From IMG/VR virus record IMGVR_UViG_3300024354_000012: a stretch of 54,217 bases of DNA, one strand, 5' to 3'. How positions within the stretch are numbered: position 1 is the stretch's first letter; the number at the start of each line of letters is the position of its first letter. This stretch comes from an uncultured virus (IMG/VR IMGVR_UViG_3300024354_000012) (lineage: Duplodnaviria > Heunggongvirae > Uroviricota > Caudoviricetes). A program made the translations under genes and the position numbers. Shown in pieces: positions 27,446 through 35,920 of the stretch. A model generated the notes under the pieces. It searched no databases and had not been told where the DNA came from. It worked only from the letters and a program-made list of their open reading frames with translations.

Positions 27446-27769
27446 ATGGTAGAAATCACTCCAGCAGCAAAAGTCAAAATACAAGATTTACTTTCAGAAG
27501 AAAATAATGAAAATCTAAAACTTCGTACCTTTGTACAAGGTGGAGGATGTAGTGGGTTTAGTTATGGGTTTACTTTTGATGATGTAAAAAACGATGATGA
27601 TTTTTCTATAGATATCGGACGTTGGCAAGTGCTTATCGATTCTATGAGCATGATGTATCTAGAAGGTGCCAGCATAGATTACAAAGAAGATATCATGGGC
27701 AGTCAATTTGTTATCAGCAATCCTAATGCGCAAAGCACATGTGGTTGCGGGAGCAGTTTTTCAGTATGA
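27446..27769 (+). CDS. erpA: A-type Fe-S cluster carrier (ErpA/IscA)
   Basis: GGGCSGFSY and [14 protein letters not shown] with three conserved Cys. Confidence 0.92.
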   Translation: MVEITPAAKVKIQDLLSEENNENLKLRTFVQGGGCSGFSYGFTFDDVKNDDDFSIDIGRWQVLIDSMSMMYLEGASIDYKEDIMGSQFVISNPNAQSTCGCGSSFSV

Positions 27770-27837
27770 ACGAGTATCCAGTATATCCAGAGGATGATGG
27801 TTATGACCGTCCGAGAAACCCTTATAGCCCTGTTTAA
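27766..27837 (+). CDS. Possible 23-aa micro-[26 protein letters not shown]
   Basis: ATGA overlap with the erpA stop and GGGAG upstream; an overlapping alternative ORF exists at 27794-27904. Confidence 0.35.
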   Translation: MNEYPVYPEDDGYDRPRNPYSPV

Positions 27838-27890
27838 AGACATACTAGAAGGAATTATTAGATTTGGTTGTGGCCTAGCAGGAATAATTT

Positions 27891-28985
27891 ATGAGAGCAA
27901 GTGAATTAAAATTACCGCAGGGAATGGAAGTCTATGTTGACATGGACGGTGTCCTCGCAGATTTTTTCTCAGAATATGCCAAACTAGCCGGTATCGAATC
28001 AGGCAACTACAGAGACATTCCTCCAGCTAAAGCAGATCCAACGTTAAACAAGATGATAGGCACTGACTTCTTTTATAGATTGCCTAAGTTTCCTACCGCT
28101 GACAAACTACTAGATATCGTTGTCGATGCTGCTGGCAGCTATAATATCTGTTCAAGCCCTCTCAGAGGCGATCACGAAAATTCCGGTGTACAAAAAAGAC
28201 GCTGGATAGAAAAACATCTAGCAGTAAAACCTAAAAATATTTTTATAGTAGCTAACAAAGCCAAGTACGCAGTCAATGCCAATGGCATGCCTAATGTCTT
28301 AATAGATGATAGAGGTAGCAACATTTCATCCTGGGAAGCAGCAGGCGGTATAGGTATCAAATATCAAGCTGACGAAGATACACTTAAAAAAGTATTAGAT
28401 GGGTTGAAACGTGCCCGTCGTGTTGGTCAAGGAGAAGAGCCTCACGAACCACAACAGCTAATCAGCAAAGATAGAGGCGGCAGCAATGCTATCGCTACTG
28501 CCAAAGACGAAAGTATCGAAGAATCAAGAAGATCTGGGTTTTATTCTGTACACAAGTTCTTAACAAAATACAATAGATTCGACCCTATAGGCAGTCCTAC
28601 TAAGTTTTCCGGAAGTGCTGTCGGCAAGACTTTGGACTATCTCAAACAGACTAACATGCCAGTAAAGGTAACTATCAATGATCATAAAGGTGAATTTGAT
28701 AGTGTGATTATCGAACCGGGCGATCACGTAAAACGTGCTGTCGAAAGACTGGGTTTCATAGATGACAGTCCGGATGTAGCATTAGACGTTAAAGAAGTTA
28801 GCAAGCAAGGTGTGGCGGAAAACTTTGCTGATGGCAAAGGACCAGGTCGCCCAGGTGATAGCCAACGCCATGGAATACCTAAAAAAGCCACTATGGCTGA
28901 ATTAGAAAAAGCCTCACACGCTAAAGGACGTAAAGGACAGCTAGCCCGTTGGCAAATAAATATGAGACGGGGTAGAAAGAAATGA
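27891..28985 (+). CDS. 5'(3')-deoxyribonucleotidase (NT5C, HAD) with leader and C-terminal modules
   Basis: VYVDMDGVLADF, LIDDRGSNISSWEAAGGIG; extra modules follow SIEE and QGVAE. Confidence 0.8.
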   Translation: MRASELKLPQGMEVYVDMDGVLADFFSEYAKLAGIESGNYRDIPPAKADPTLNKMIGTDFFYRLPKFPTADKLLDIVVDAAGSYNICSSPLRGDHENSGVQKRRWIEKHLAVKPKNIFIVANKAKYAVNANGMPNVLIDDRGSNISSWEAAGGIGIKYQADEDTLKKVLDGLKRARRVGQGEEPHEPQQLISKDRGGSNAIATAKDESIEESRRSGFYSVHKFLTKYNRFDPIGSPTKFSGSAVGKTLDYLKQTNMPVKVTINDHKGEFDSVIIEPGDHVKRAVERLGFIDDSPDVALDVKEVSKQGVAENFADGKGPGRPGDSQRHGIPKKATMAELEKASHAKGRKGQLARWQINMRRGRKK

Positions 28986-29167
28986 GATTTGGCGAGCTAG
29001 TAAATGATTATAGATATTATGGAGCTAGGATCAAGGTAAAACTTAATGGATCTACTTCTTACATTGATACAGCAGTTAACGCTAAAAACAGAGAAATGGC
29101 TAGGAGATTGTTTAAAGTAATGTACGGGCCCAGCTCTATGGTAACTAATGTACGAGAAATCAAATGA
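28982..29167 (+). CDS. Small protein with leader MRFGELV
   Basis: ATGA-coupled on both sides. Confidence 0.65.
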   Translation: MRFGELVNDYRYYGARIKVKLNGSTSYIDTAVNAKNREMARRLFKVMYGPSSMVTNVREIK

Positions 29168-29355
29168 AATTAGCAGAACTACTAGCAAAACCATCAAAAA
29201 TCAAGGAATCTGCTACAGCAGGTGCTACTAGCGCAGGAAATATAGCGTCTGTAGCCAACCCTAACATAGCTAGATCTAAGAAAAAAGTAAAAACAGCTAA
29301 TGCCCTTGATACCAAGGACGTAAGCATATTCGGCGGTCCGGCTTTCAAAAGATAA
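29164..29355 (+). CDS. Small protein MKLAELL...IKE/SATAGATSAGNIASV
   Basis: ATGA-coupled; shared leader motif. Confidence 0.65.
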   Translation: MKLAELLAKPSKIKESATAGATSAGNIASVANPNIARSKKKVKTANALDTKDVSIFGGPAFKR

Positions 29356-29358
29356 ATA
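29351..29358 (+). promoter_or_regulatory. T4-type late promoter (GATAAATA)
   Basis: Upstream of the 411-aa modular protein. Confidence 0.6.
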
Positions 29359-29417
29359 TACGTATGAAAAGAAAGCTCATGGAGCCAACAAGTTAATGAA
29401 GACCCAAGGAAAATAAC

Positions 29418-30653
29418 ATGGATTTTAAAGCACTCATCCAAAAAATAGACAGTATTGATATTCCAGCGACGCCTGTAGCAGCACCAAAGCTAGCTGATCC
29501 CGTCGTACTAGAAGAAAGCATGGCTATCAAGGTTCTAGCAGGAGTTACTCCGCTAACAGAATCAATTCTAGCTGAAAAGAAAGCCAAGCCCGATTTCCTA
29601 GATATGGATAAAGATGGCAACAAGAAAGAGCCAATGAAAAAGGCAGCTAAAGACGCTAAGGTCAAAGAAGCTTCCGAACACAAAGACAAGGATTCATTTG
29701 ATAAGAGTGCTAAACCAGGTGATACTGTCAAAACTTCTAAGGGCACATTGACCAAGACCAAGACTGGTGTCAAGCATGAGCGCAAATATACAGAAGGTAT
29801 GGAAAGCACAGCAGAAATGGCTCATCACCATGCTTCAGAATATGCCAAGCATCACAAAGCAGGAAACCTAGAGATGTGTATGCATCACAAAGAATCCTGT
29901 GAAAAATGCGGTGGTAAGATTTCACACGGTGAAATGGGTGAATGCTACCATCAACACGCAGGCATGAACCAAGGTCAACCATACAATGTACAAGAAGGTG
30001 TTATCGGCGCAGGAGTAGGCGCTGGCCTAGGAGCTCTAGTCGGTGGACCAGTTGGTGCTGTCGTAGGTGGCGGTTTGGGTCAAGCTGTAACCAATTCTAT
30101 GACCAACGAAACTAAAAAGTGTACCTGTGAAACTGTAGGCAAGACCAAATGCTCAGTACATGGTTCGATGAAAGAAGCTTCTACAGGAGATTATTCTGCC
30201 AAGAAAGCTCGCGCTGGTAAAGACATTGGTAAGCCAGGTAAGAACTTTTCTAAGATTGCTAAGTCAGCAGGTGGTGGAGAAAAAGGCAAGAAGATTGCCG
30301 GCGCTGTGTTAAAGAAACAACGTGCCAACGAAGCTGCCAAACCAGATTATATCGATCTAGACAAAGATGGTAACAAGAAAGAGCCAATGAAGAAGGCAGC
30401 TAAGGATGCTAAAACCAAGAAGCCTATGAAAGAATCAGTAGAAACAAAACTGACCTTTGTCAATGCTCTTGCTATCGTTAAAGAAAGCAATTACACAAAA
30501 CAGATCGATCCTAAAGATGAAGCACTGTGGGATTGGGCTCAACGTGTAGCAAAAAACAAATTCACTGAATCAGCAAAAGCAGATGCGTTTGCCGCTATGA
30601 CCTATGAAAGAATGGGCGGTGATTGGGACGTCTGCGATACTATTACAGAATAA
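29418..30653 (+). CDS. Modular, K-rich putative head-internal/prohead-core polyprotein
   Basis: Many xxE/(S,A,G) junctions, a duplicated DxDxDG peptide, a His/Cys-rich module and a glycine zipper. Confidence 0.6.
   Translation: MDFKALIQKIDSIDIPATPVAAPKLADPVVLEESMAIKVLAGVTPLTESILAEKKAKPDFLDMDKDGNKKEPMKKAAKDAKVKEASEHKDKDSFDKSAKPGDTVKTSKGTLTKTKTGVKHERKYTEGMESTAEMAHHHASEYAKHHKAGNLEMCMHHKESCEKCGGKISHGEMGECYHQHAGMNQGQPYNVQEGVIGAGVGAGLGALVGGPVGAVVGGGLGQAVTNSMTNETKKCTCETVGKTKCSVHGSMKEASTGDYSAKKARAGKDIGKPGKNFSKIAKSAGGGEKGKKIAGAVLKKQRANEAAKPDYIDLDKDGNKKEPMKKAAKDAKTKKPMKESVETKLTFVNALAIVKESNYTKQIDPKDEALWDWAQRVAKNKFTESAKADAFAAMTYERMGGDWDVCDTITE
29583..30413 (+). repeat. Duplicated 26-aa DxDxDG module (29583-29660 and 30336-30413)
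   Basis: AKPDFLDMDKDGNKKEPMKKAAKDAK vs AKPDYIDLDKDGNKKEPMKKAAKDAK (23/26 identical). Confidence 0.9.
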
Positions 30654-30664
30654 GGAAATAAAAG

Positions 30665-31279
30665 ATGGCTAGTCTAGAACAAATCCAAGCTGCTTTCCCA
30701 CATGCTAATCCTAACAGAATAGCTGAACTATATGATGGATTCATGGAAGCATTTGAATTGTTTGAAATTAACACACCTTCAAGACAAGCTGCTTTCTTAG
30801 CGCAATGCGCACATGAAAGTGGCAACTTTAATGCTATGGTAGAAAATCTAAATTACTCAGCCGATGGTTTACAAAAGATTTTCCATAAGTATTTTCCAGA
30901 TTCAGAAATAGCAAGTCAATACGCTCGCAAACCAGAAATGATTGCCAACAGAGTGTATGCTAACAGAATGGGCAACGGTGACGAAGCCAGCGGAGATGGT
31001 TTCCGCTATCGTGGTCGTGGACTGATCCAAGTCACAGGCAAGAACAACTACAGAGCCTGTGGTGATGCTCTTGGTGCTGATTTATTATCAGAACCAGATC
31101 TATTAGAAACATCCCCAGGCGCAGTACTATCAGCTGGTTGGTTCTGGGCTGCTAATGGGTTGAATGCCTACGCAGATGCCGGCGACATCCTAACAATGAC
31201 CAAACGTATCAATGGCGGCACTATTGGTCTAGAAGATCGCAAAAAGCATTACGAACACGCGATGCACGTTTTGGCATAA
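30665..31279 (+). CDS. GH19 (chitinase-like) endolysin
   Basis: AAFLAQCAHES, ENLNYS, GDGFRYRGRGLIQVTGKNNY, TKRINGG. Confidence 0.92.
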   Translation: MASLEQIQAAFPHANPNRIAELYDGFMEAFELFEINTPSRQAAFLAQCAHESGNFNAMVENLNYSADGLQKIFHKYFPDSEIASQYARKPEMIANRVYANRMGNGDEASGDGFRYRGRGLIQVTGKNNYRACGDALGADLLSEPDLLETSPGAVLSAGWFWAANGLNAYADAGDILTMTKRINGGTIGLEDRKKHYEHAMHVLA

Positions 31280-31285
31280 AAATTT

Positions 31286-31315
31286 TTGCTCTTCGGGGCT
31301 CAAGTCATATATAAT
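31286..31315 (+). promoter_or_regulatory. Sigma70-type promoter TTGCTC-N18-TATAAT
   Basis: Consensus -10; the -35 overlaps a small GCTC-TTCG-GGGC hairpin; AGGAG SD follows. Confidence 0.5.
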
Positions 31316-31338
31316 AGCTATATTAGGAGTTATTATAA

Positions 31339-31599
31339 ATGGCTAAAATTTACGGTCCCGAAGAAAAAGCAAAATTAGAACGTTTAATCGCAGAAGGTTC
31401 TAATGTTCTAAGAGAAGTAGAAGACCTACAAGAAGGTCTTAAAGAAACTGTCAAAGCTGTGGCAGAAGAACTCCAAGTAAAACCCAGCATCATCAACAAA
31501 GCTATACGTATCGCTCATAAGGGTAACTGGAAAGACCACGAATCTGAATGGGAAGAAATCGAAGGCATCCTCGGTGTTACTAAACATTTACCAGAATGA
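31339..31599 (+). CDS. dsDNA-binding protein (T4 DsbA/GapR-like)
   Basis: Helical LREVEDLQEGLKETVKAVAEELQVKPSIINKAIRIAHK pattern. Confidence 0.6.
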   Translation: MAKIYGPEEKAKLERLIAEGSNVLREVEDLQEGLKETVKAVAEELQVKPSIINKAIRIAHKGNWKDHESEWEEIEGILGVTKHLPE

Positions 31600-31886
31600 T
31601 AGATCTATTAAAACCCACATTCGATTGGATTAGGGATGACTGGTCTAGTCATCCTGTCCGCTTTGTGGTGGAGTTGTTTGCTTGGGCTATCAGCATATTT
31701 TGTAGTATCACGATGGCAGTCACTGTACCAAACCCGCCTCTTTTGGCTCTCTACCCTGTTTGGATTACTGGCTGTGCTCTGTATGCTTGGGCTGCTTGGA
31801 CTAGAAAAAGTTTCGGCATGTTGGCTAACTATATCTTGCTGACCAGTATCGATACTGTTGGCTTGATAAGAATGCTAACTAATTAA
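31596..31886 (+). CDS. Small multi-pass membrane protein
   Basis: Three hydrophobic segments. Confidence 0.65.
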   Translation: MIDLLKPTFDWIRDDWSSHPVRFVVELFAWAISIFCSITMAVTVPNPPLLALYPVWITGCALYAWAAWTRKSFGMLANYILLTSIDTVGLIRMLTN

Positions 31887-31896
31887 TATAGATTAC

Positions 31897-31953
31897 GGTT
31901 GATCAGCCATAAATGATCAGTTTGGTATTTGCCAGCCCTAAATGGCATAGGAG
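31897..31953 (+). promoter_or_regulatory. Tandem RNA hairpins with near-identical 8-nt loops at the DNA polymerase RBS (putative translational operator)
   Basis: TGATCA-GCCATAAA-TGATCA and TGCCA-GCCCTAAA-TGGCA, then AGGAG (31949-31953). Confidence 0.6.
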
Positions 31954-31958
31954 AATTG

Positions 31959-34631
31959 ATGAGTTACGTTGACGCTTTGTACAGCAGAGATTCTGATCTT
32001 GTAAGTATCGTAGAACGAGATAAAGAAGGTCGCAGACAATATAAAGAATTTCCTGCTAGATATATTTTCTATTATCCAGATACTAGAGGCAAGTATACCA
32101 GTGTGTACGGTGACACACTAAACAGAGTTACTTGTAAGAACCTCAAAGAATTCCACAAAGAAATAAAGATACACGGTAGCCAACGGCTATTTGAATCCGA
32201 CATCAATCCTATATTCCGATGCCTAGAAGAAAATTATCTAGGACAAGATGCTCCAAAATTGAATGTAGCATTTTTCGACATCGAAGTCGATTTCGATCCT
32301 GAACGCGGTTACGCATCGCCTGAAGATGCTTTCATGCCTATCACTTCTATCGCTATACATCTACAATGGTTAGATACACTAGTCTGTTTGGCTGTGCCTC
32401 CAAAAACGATGTCTATGGCCGAAGCTACAGAAGCTGTTAAAGAATTCCCTAATACATATCTCTTCGAAACTGAAGCGGAGATGTTAGACAACTTTCTAAC
32501 TCTTATTGAAGACGCAGACGTTATCAGTGGTTGGAACAGCGAAGGATATGATATTCCCTATACTGTTAATCGTGTTACCAAAGCATTAAGCAAAGAAGAT
32601 ACTCGCAGATTCTGCCTTTGGGATCAGTTTCCCAAAAAGCGCGAATATGAAAAGTTTGGTAAGACCGCAGTTACATACGACTTCATCGGTCGTGTACATC
32701 TAGACAGTCTAGAACTTTATAGAAAATATACCTACGAAGAACGCCACACCTATAGATTAGATGCTATCGGTGAGATGGAAATCGGAGAAAACAAAACTGT
32801 CTATGAAGGCACACTAGATCAATTGTATAACAACGACTTCCGTAAGTTTATCGAATACAATAGACAAGACTGTGCGTTGTTAGATAAACTTGATAAAAAA
32901 CTAAAATTTATCGATCTAGCCAATCAGATCGCACATGAAAATACTGTGTTGCTACAGACCACTATGGGTGCTGTAGCTGTTACTGAACAGGCTATTATTA
33001 ACGAAGCACACCGCAGAGGCATGATCGTGCCCAACAGAGCCAATAGAGATTCACACGGCGATACACAGGCTGCTGGTGCGTATGTAGCATATCCAAAGAA
33101 GGGTATAGCAGAATGGATTGGATCAGTTGACATTAACTCACTGTATCCGTCTGCTATTCGTGCTCTAAACATGGGTCCAGAAACAGTGATAGGACAGTTG
33201 CGTCCAGATTATACCAAAGCCTATATTGACGAGCAGATGGTACGTCACGGTAAGTCATTTGCCGCAGCTTGGGAAGGACTTTTCGGAACATTAGAATACG
33301 AATTTGTAATGGATCGAAATGTCGCTAAAGAAATCACTATCGACTGGGAAAAGGGCGGCAGTGACACGCTCTCAGGAGCCCAAATTAATGATCTCATATT
33401 TGATAGCAACCAACCGTGGATGTTGTCAGCTAATGGTACTATCTTTACATATGAAAAAGAAGGTGTAATACCAGGTCTGCTAAAACGCTGGTATGCTGAA
33501 CGTAAAGAACTACAGGCCAAATTAAAAGAAAGTATTGCCGCAGGTAATAAGATTGAAGAAGAATACTGGGACAAACGACAGCTGGTCAAGAAGATTAACT
33601 TGAATAGTTTGTATGGTGCTATTCTTAACGTTGGCTGTAGATTCTTTGATCCGCGCATAGGACAATCTACTACACTCAGTGGTCGTACTATCGTGAAACA
33701 TATGGCTAGTAAGATCAACGAAATTATTACAGGTGAATATGACTACAAGGGCAAAGCTATCATCTACGGCGACACCGACTCTTGTTATTTTTCCGCATAC
33801 AATGTTCTCAAGAAAGAAATCGAATCTGGTCAGATTCCTTGGACTAAAGAAACTGTAATACAGCTATATGATCAGATAGCAGAAGAAACTAATCTTAGCT
33901 TTGCTAAGATGATGAACGAAAAATTCCATTGTCCAAAGACACGCGGCGAAGTCATACGTGCTGGTCGTGAAATCGTAGCATCAAAAGGATTGTTTATTAC
34001 CAAGAAACGTTATGCTGTTCTTTATTACGACAAGGAAGGCAAACGATCTGATGTTGACGGCAAGCCTGGCAAGATCAAAGCTATGGGGCTGGATCTTAAG
34101 CGTTCAGATACTCCTGTAATCATTCAGAACTTTCTAAGCGAAGTATTAGAAAAAGTTCTTAAAGGTACTGACAGAGATGAAATCCTAAACTTTATCACGG
34201 AGTTTAGGACTGAGTTTAAATTAAGACCTGGTTGGGAGAAAGGATCGCCCAAGCGAGCCAATAACATAACAGAATATCAAGCCAAAGAAAAGAAAGCAGG
34301 CAAAGCTAATATGCCAGGACATGTGCGAGCCAGTATCAATTGGAATACTCTCAAACGCATGTATGGTGACAAGTATTCTATGAATATCACCGATGGTGCC
34401 AAAGTTATTGTGTGTAAGTTAAAAGAAAATCCCATGGGATATACTTCTGTAGCTTATCCGGTAGACGAACTTAGACTACCATCGTGGTTCAAAGAATTAC
34501 CATTCAATGACGGTGAGATGGAAAATGCCGTCATAGATGAAAAACTAGAAAATTTGATCGGTGTGCTAGAGTGGGACATCAGTCAGACTAGAAGCGATAA
34601 CACCTTTAACTCGCTTTTTGATTTTGAATAA
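31959..34631 (+). CDS. Family B DNA polymerase (T4 gp43-like)
   Basis: Exo FFDIEV, GWNSEGYDIPY, YNRQD; pol DINSLYPS, KINLNSLYG, YGDTDS. Start placed at ATG 31959 after AGGAG. Confidence 0.96.
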   Translation: MSYVDALYSRDSDLVSIVERDKEGRRQYKEFPARYIFYYPDTRGKYTSVYGDTLNRVTCKNLKEFHKEIKIHGSQRLFESDINPIFRCLEENYLGQDAPKLNVAFFDIEVDFDPERGYASPEDAFMPITSIAIHLQWLDTLVCLAVPPKTMSMAEATEAVKEFPNTYLFETEAEMLDNFLTLIEDADVISGWNSEGYDIPYTVNRVTKALSKEDTRRFCLWDQFPKKREYEKFGKTAVTYDFIGRVHLDSLELYRKYTYEERHTYRLDAIGEMEIGENKTVYEGTLDQLYNNDFRKFIEYNRQDCALLDKLDKKLKFIDLANQIAHENTVLLQTTMGAVAVTEQAIINEAHRRGMIVPNRANRDSHGDTQAAGAYVAYPKKGIAEWIGSVDINSLYPSAIRALNMGPETVIGQLRPDYTKAYIDEQMVRHGKSFAAAWEGLFGTLEYEFVMDRNVAKEITIDWEKGGSDTLSGAQINDLIFDSNQPWMLSANGTIFTYEKEGVIPGLLKRWYAERKELQAKLKESIAAGNKIEEEYWDKRQLVKKINLNSLYGAILNVGCRFFDPRIGQSTTLSGRTIVKHMASKINEIITGEYDYKGKAIIYGDTDSCYFSAYNVLKKEIESGQIPWTKETVIQLYDQIAEETNLSFAKMMNEKFHCPKTRGEVIRAGREIVASKGLFITKKRYAVLYYDKEGKRSDVDGKPGKIKAMGLDLKRSDTPVIIQNFLSEVLEKVLKGTDRDEILNFITEFRTEFKLRPGWEKGSPKRANNITEYQAKEKKAGKANMPGHVRASINWNTLKRMYGDKYSMNITDGAKVIVCKLKENPMGYTSVAYPVDELRLPSWFKELPFNDGEMENAVIDEKLENLIGVLEWDISQTRSDNTFNSLFDFE

Positions 34632-34638
34632 ATTTCAC

Positions 34639-34667
34639 TTGACATTTACTCACGATCTAAATAAAAT
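34639..34667 (+). promoter_or_regulatory. Sigma70 promoter TTGACA-N17-TAAAAT overlapping a late-type CTAAATA
   Basis: Intergenic between polymerase and clamp genes. Confidence 0.7.
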
Positions 34668-34690
34668 TAACTTATACATGGAGAACTCTA

Positions 34691-35428
34691 ATGAAGGACA
34701 TTTTACAAGACATCGTAAGCCATACACAGAACCTAGGATTCCTAACTACTGTTAAGGTTACGGGCACAGAAGAAAGCACAACTTTCTTTTCTATGGCAGA
34801 AGATCGTTCAGTGATCATGGATGCCAATACACACAATCCATATCCTGATATGATTGGTACTTTTGGTATGCCTCAACTACAAAAGTTGAAGTATCTGCTA
34901 GATGGATCAGAATACAAAGAAGATGCTAAGATCAATATTTTCAAAGCAGAACGCAACGGCGAGACCCTGCCAGTAGGCATCCACTTTGAAAATAAAGATG
35001 GCGACTTCAAGAACGACTATCGTTTTATGAGCATGGAAGCTGTAAACGAAAAGCTAAAGAATGTTAAGTTCCGTGGCGTTGCTTGGCACGTAGAATTAGA
35101 ACCCAGTGTGGCAGCAGTGGCTCGTTTCAATTTCCAAGCAGGTGCTCATAGCGAACATCCAACATTCTTGGCCAAGACAGAAAACAACAATCTAAAGTTT
35201 ATCTTCGGTGATGCTAGCACACACGGTGGTGAATTTGTTTTTGCTACCGATGTCGTAGGTACGTTGAACAAGGGTTGGACTTGGCCAGTGTTGCCAGTAC
35301 TAAGCATCTTGAAGATTGCTGATGTTAATAATACCAAGATGAAACTTTCCAACGAAGGTGCTATCGAAATCACACTAGACAGCGGGTTGACTACTTACAG
35401 GTATATCATTCCAGCACAGGCGTCTTGA
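34691..35428 (+). CDS. Putative sliding clamp (gp45/PCNA-like)
   Basis: 245 aa directly after the polymerase, alternating alpha/beta pattern, C-terminal YRYIIPA, clamp loader in the window. Confidence 0.6.
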   Translation: MKDILQDIVSHTQNLGFLTTVKVTGTEESTTFFSMAEDRSVIMDANTHNPYPDMIGTFGMPQLQKLKYLLDGSEYKEDAKINIFKAERNGETLPVGIHFENKDGDFKNDYRFMSMEAVNEKLKNVKFRGVAWHVELEPSVAAVARFNFQAGAHSEHPTFLAKTENNNLKFIFGDASTHGGEFVFATDVVGTLNKGWTWPVLPVLSILKIADVNNTKMKLSNEGAIEITLDSGLTTYRYIIPAQAS

Positions 35429-35432
35429 TATC

Positions 35433-35531
35433 ATGGATCTTGATTTAATTTTCAGTCTTGTAGCATTAGTGGTCGTGGTTGGCATGATCGCTTTTGCTAT
35501 TAAGGCAACTAAAGGTGATTGCGATGATTAA
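35433..35531 (+). CDS. 32-aa single-TM peptide (not in ORF track)
   Basis: MDLDLIFSLVALVVVVGMIAFAIKATKGDCDD fills the gap. Confidence 0.5.
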   Translation: MDLDLIFSLVALVVVVGMIAFAIKATKGDCDD

Positions 35532-35919
35532 AAATATTACTACCAACAGCCGTTACTTAAATGTACAAGGCGGTTCTCCTATGAGCACATATATCAGTCC
35601 AGGCAGTTTGTCTGCTGGTTCTCTAAGATACAATCCGAATAATTCGGCCGTAGAAGTCTATGACGGAAATTCATGGAAAGAAATGGGTATGAGCTATGCC
35701 AGCGTGAATCTTTCTTCAGAAGCAGAAGCATTGCTGGATTGGGCACGTCAGAGACGCAACGAAGAACAAGAATATGAACGGTTGGCTTCTACTAATCAAG
35801 CTGTTAAAATAGCTATGGAGAATGTAGAAAAAGCCAAACAACAATTAACAATAACAGCAAAACTAGCCAAAGATACATATCACGATCATGGCGAAGTTAT
35901 GGAACAGGCAAGCCCTTAA
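35524..35919 (+). CDS. Hypothetical protein
   Basis: Start re-placed at MIKN (AAAGGTG SD); LRYNP...VEVYDGNSW plus coiled coil. Confidence 0.65.
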   Translation: MIKNITTNSRYLNVQGGSPMSTYISPGSLSAGSLRYNPNNSAVEVYDGNSWKEMGMSYASVNLSSEAEALLDWARQRRNEEQEYERLASTNQAVKIAMENVEKAKQQLTITAKLAKDTYHDHGEVMEQASP

Positions 35920-35920
35920 T

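Noticed and set aside
29364..29396. 10-codon uORF (MKRKLMEPTS) after the late promoter
   Set aside because: Too short to assess, with no supporting features; may be chance.
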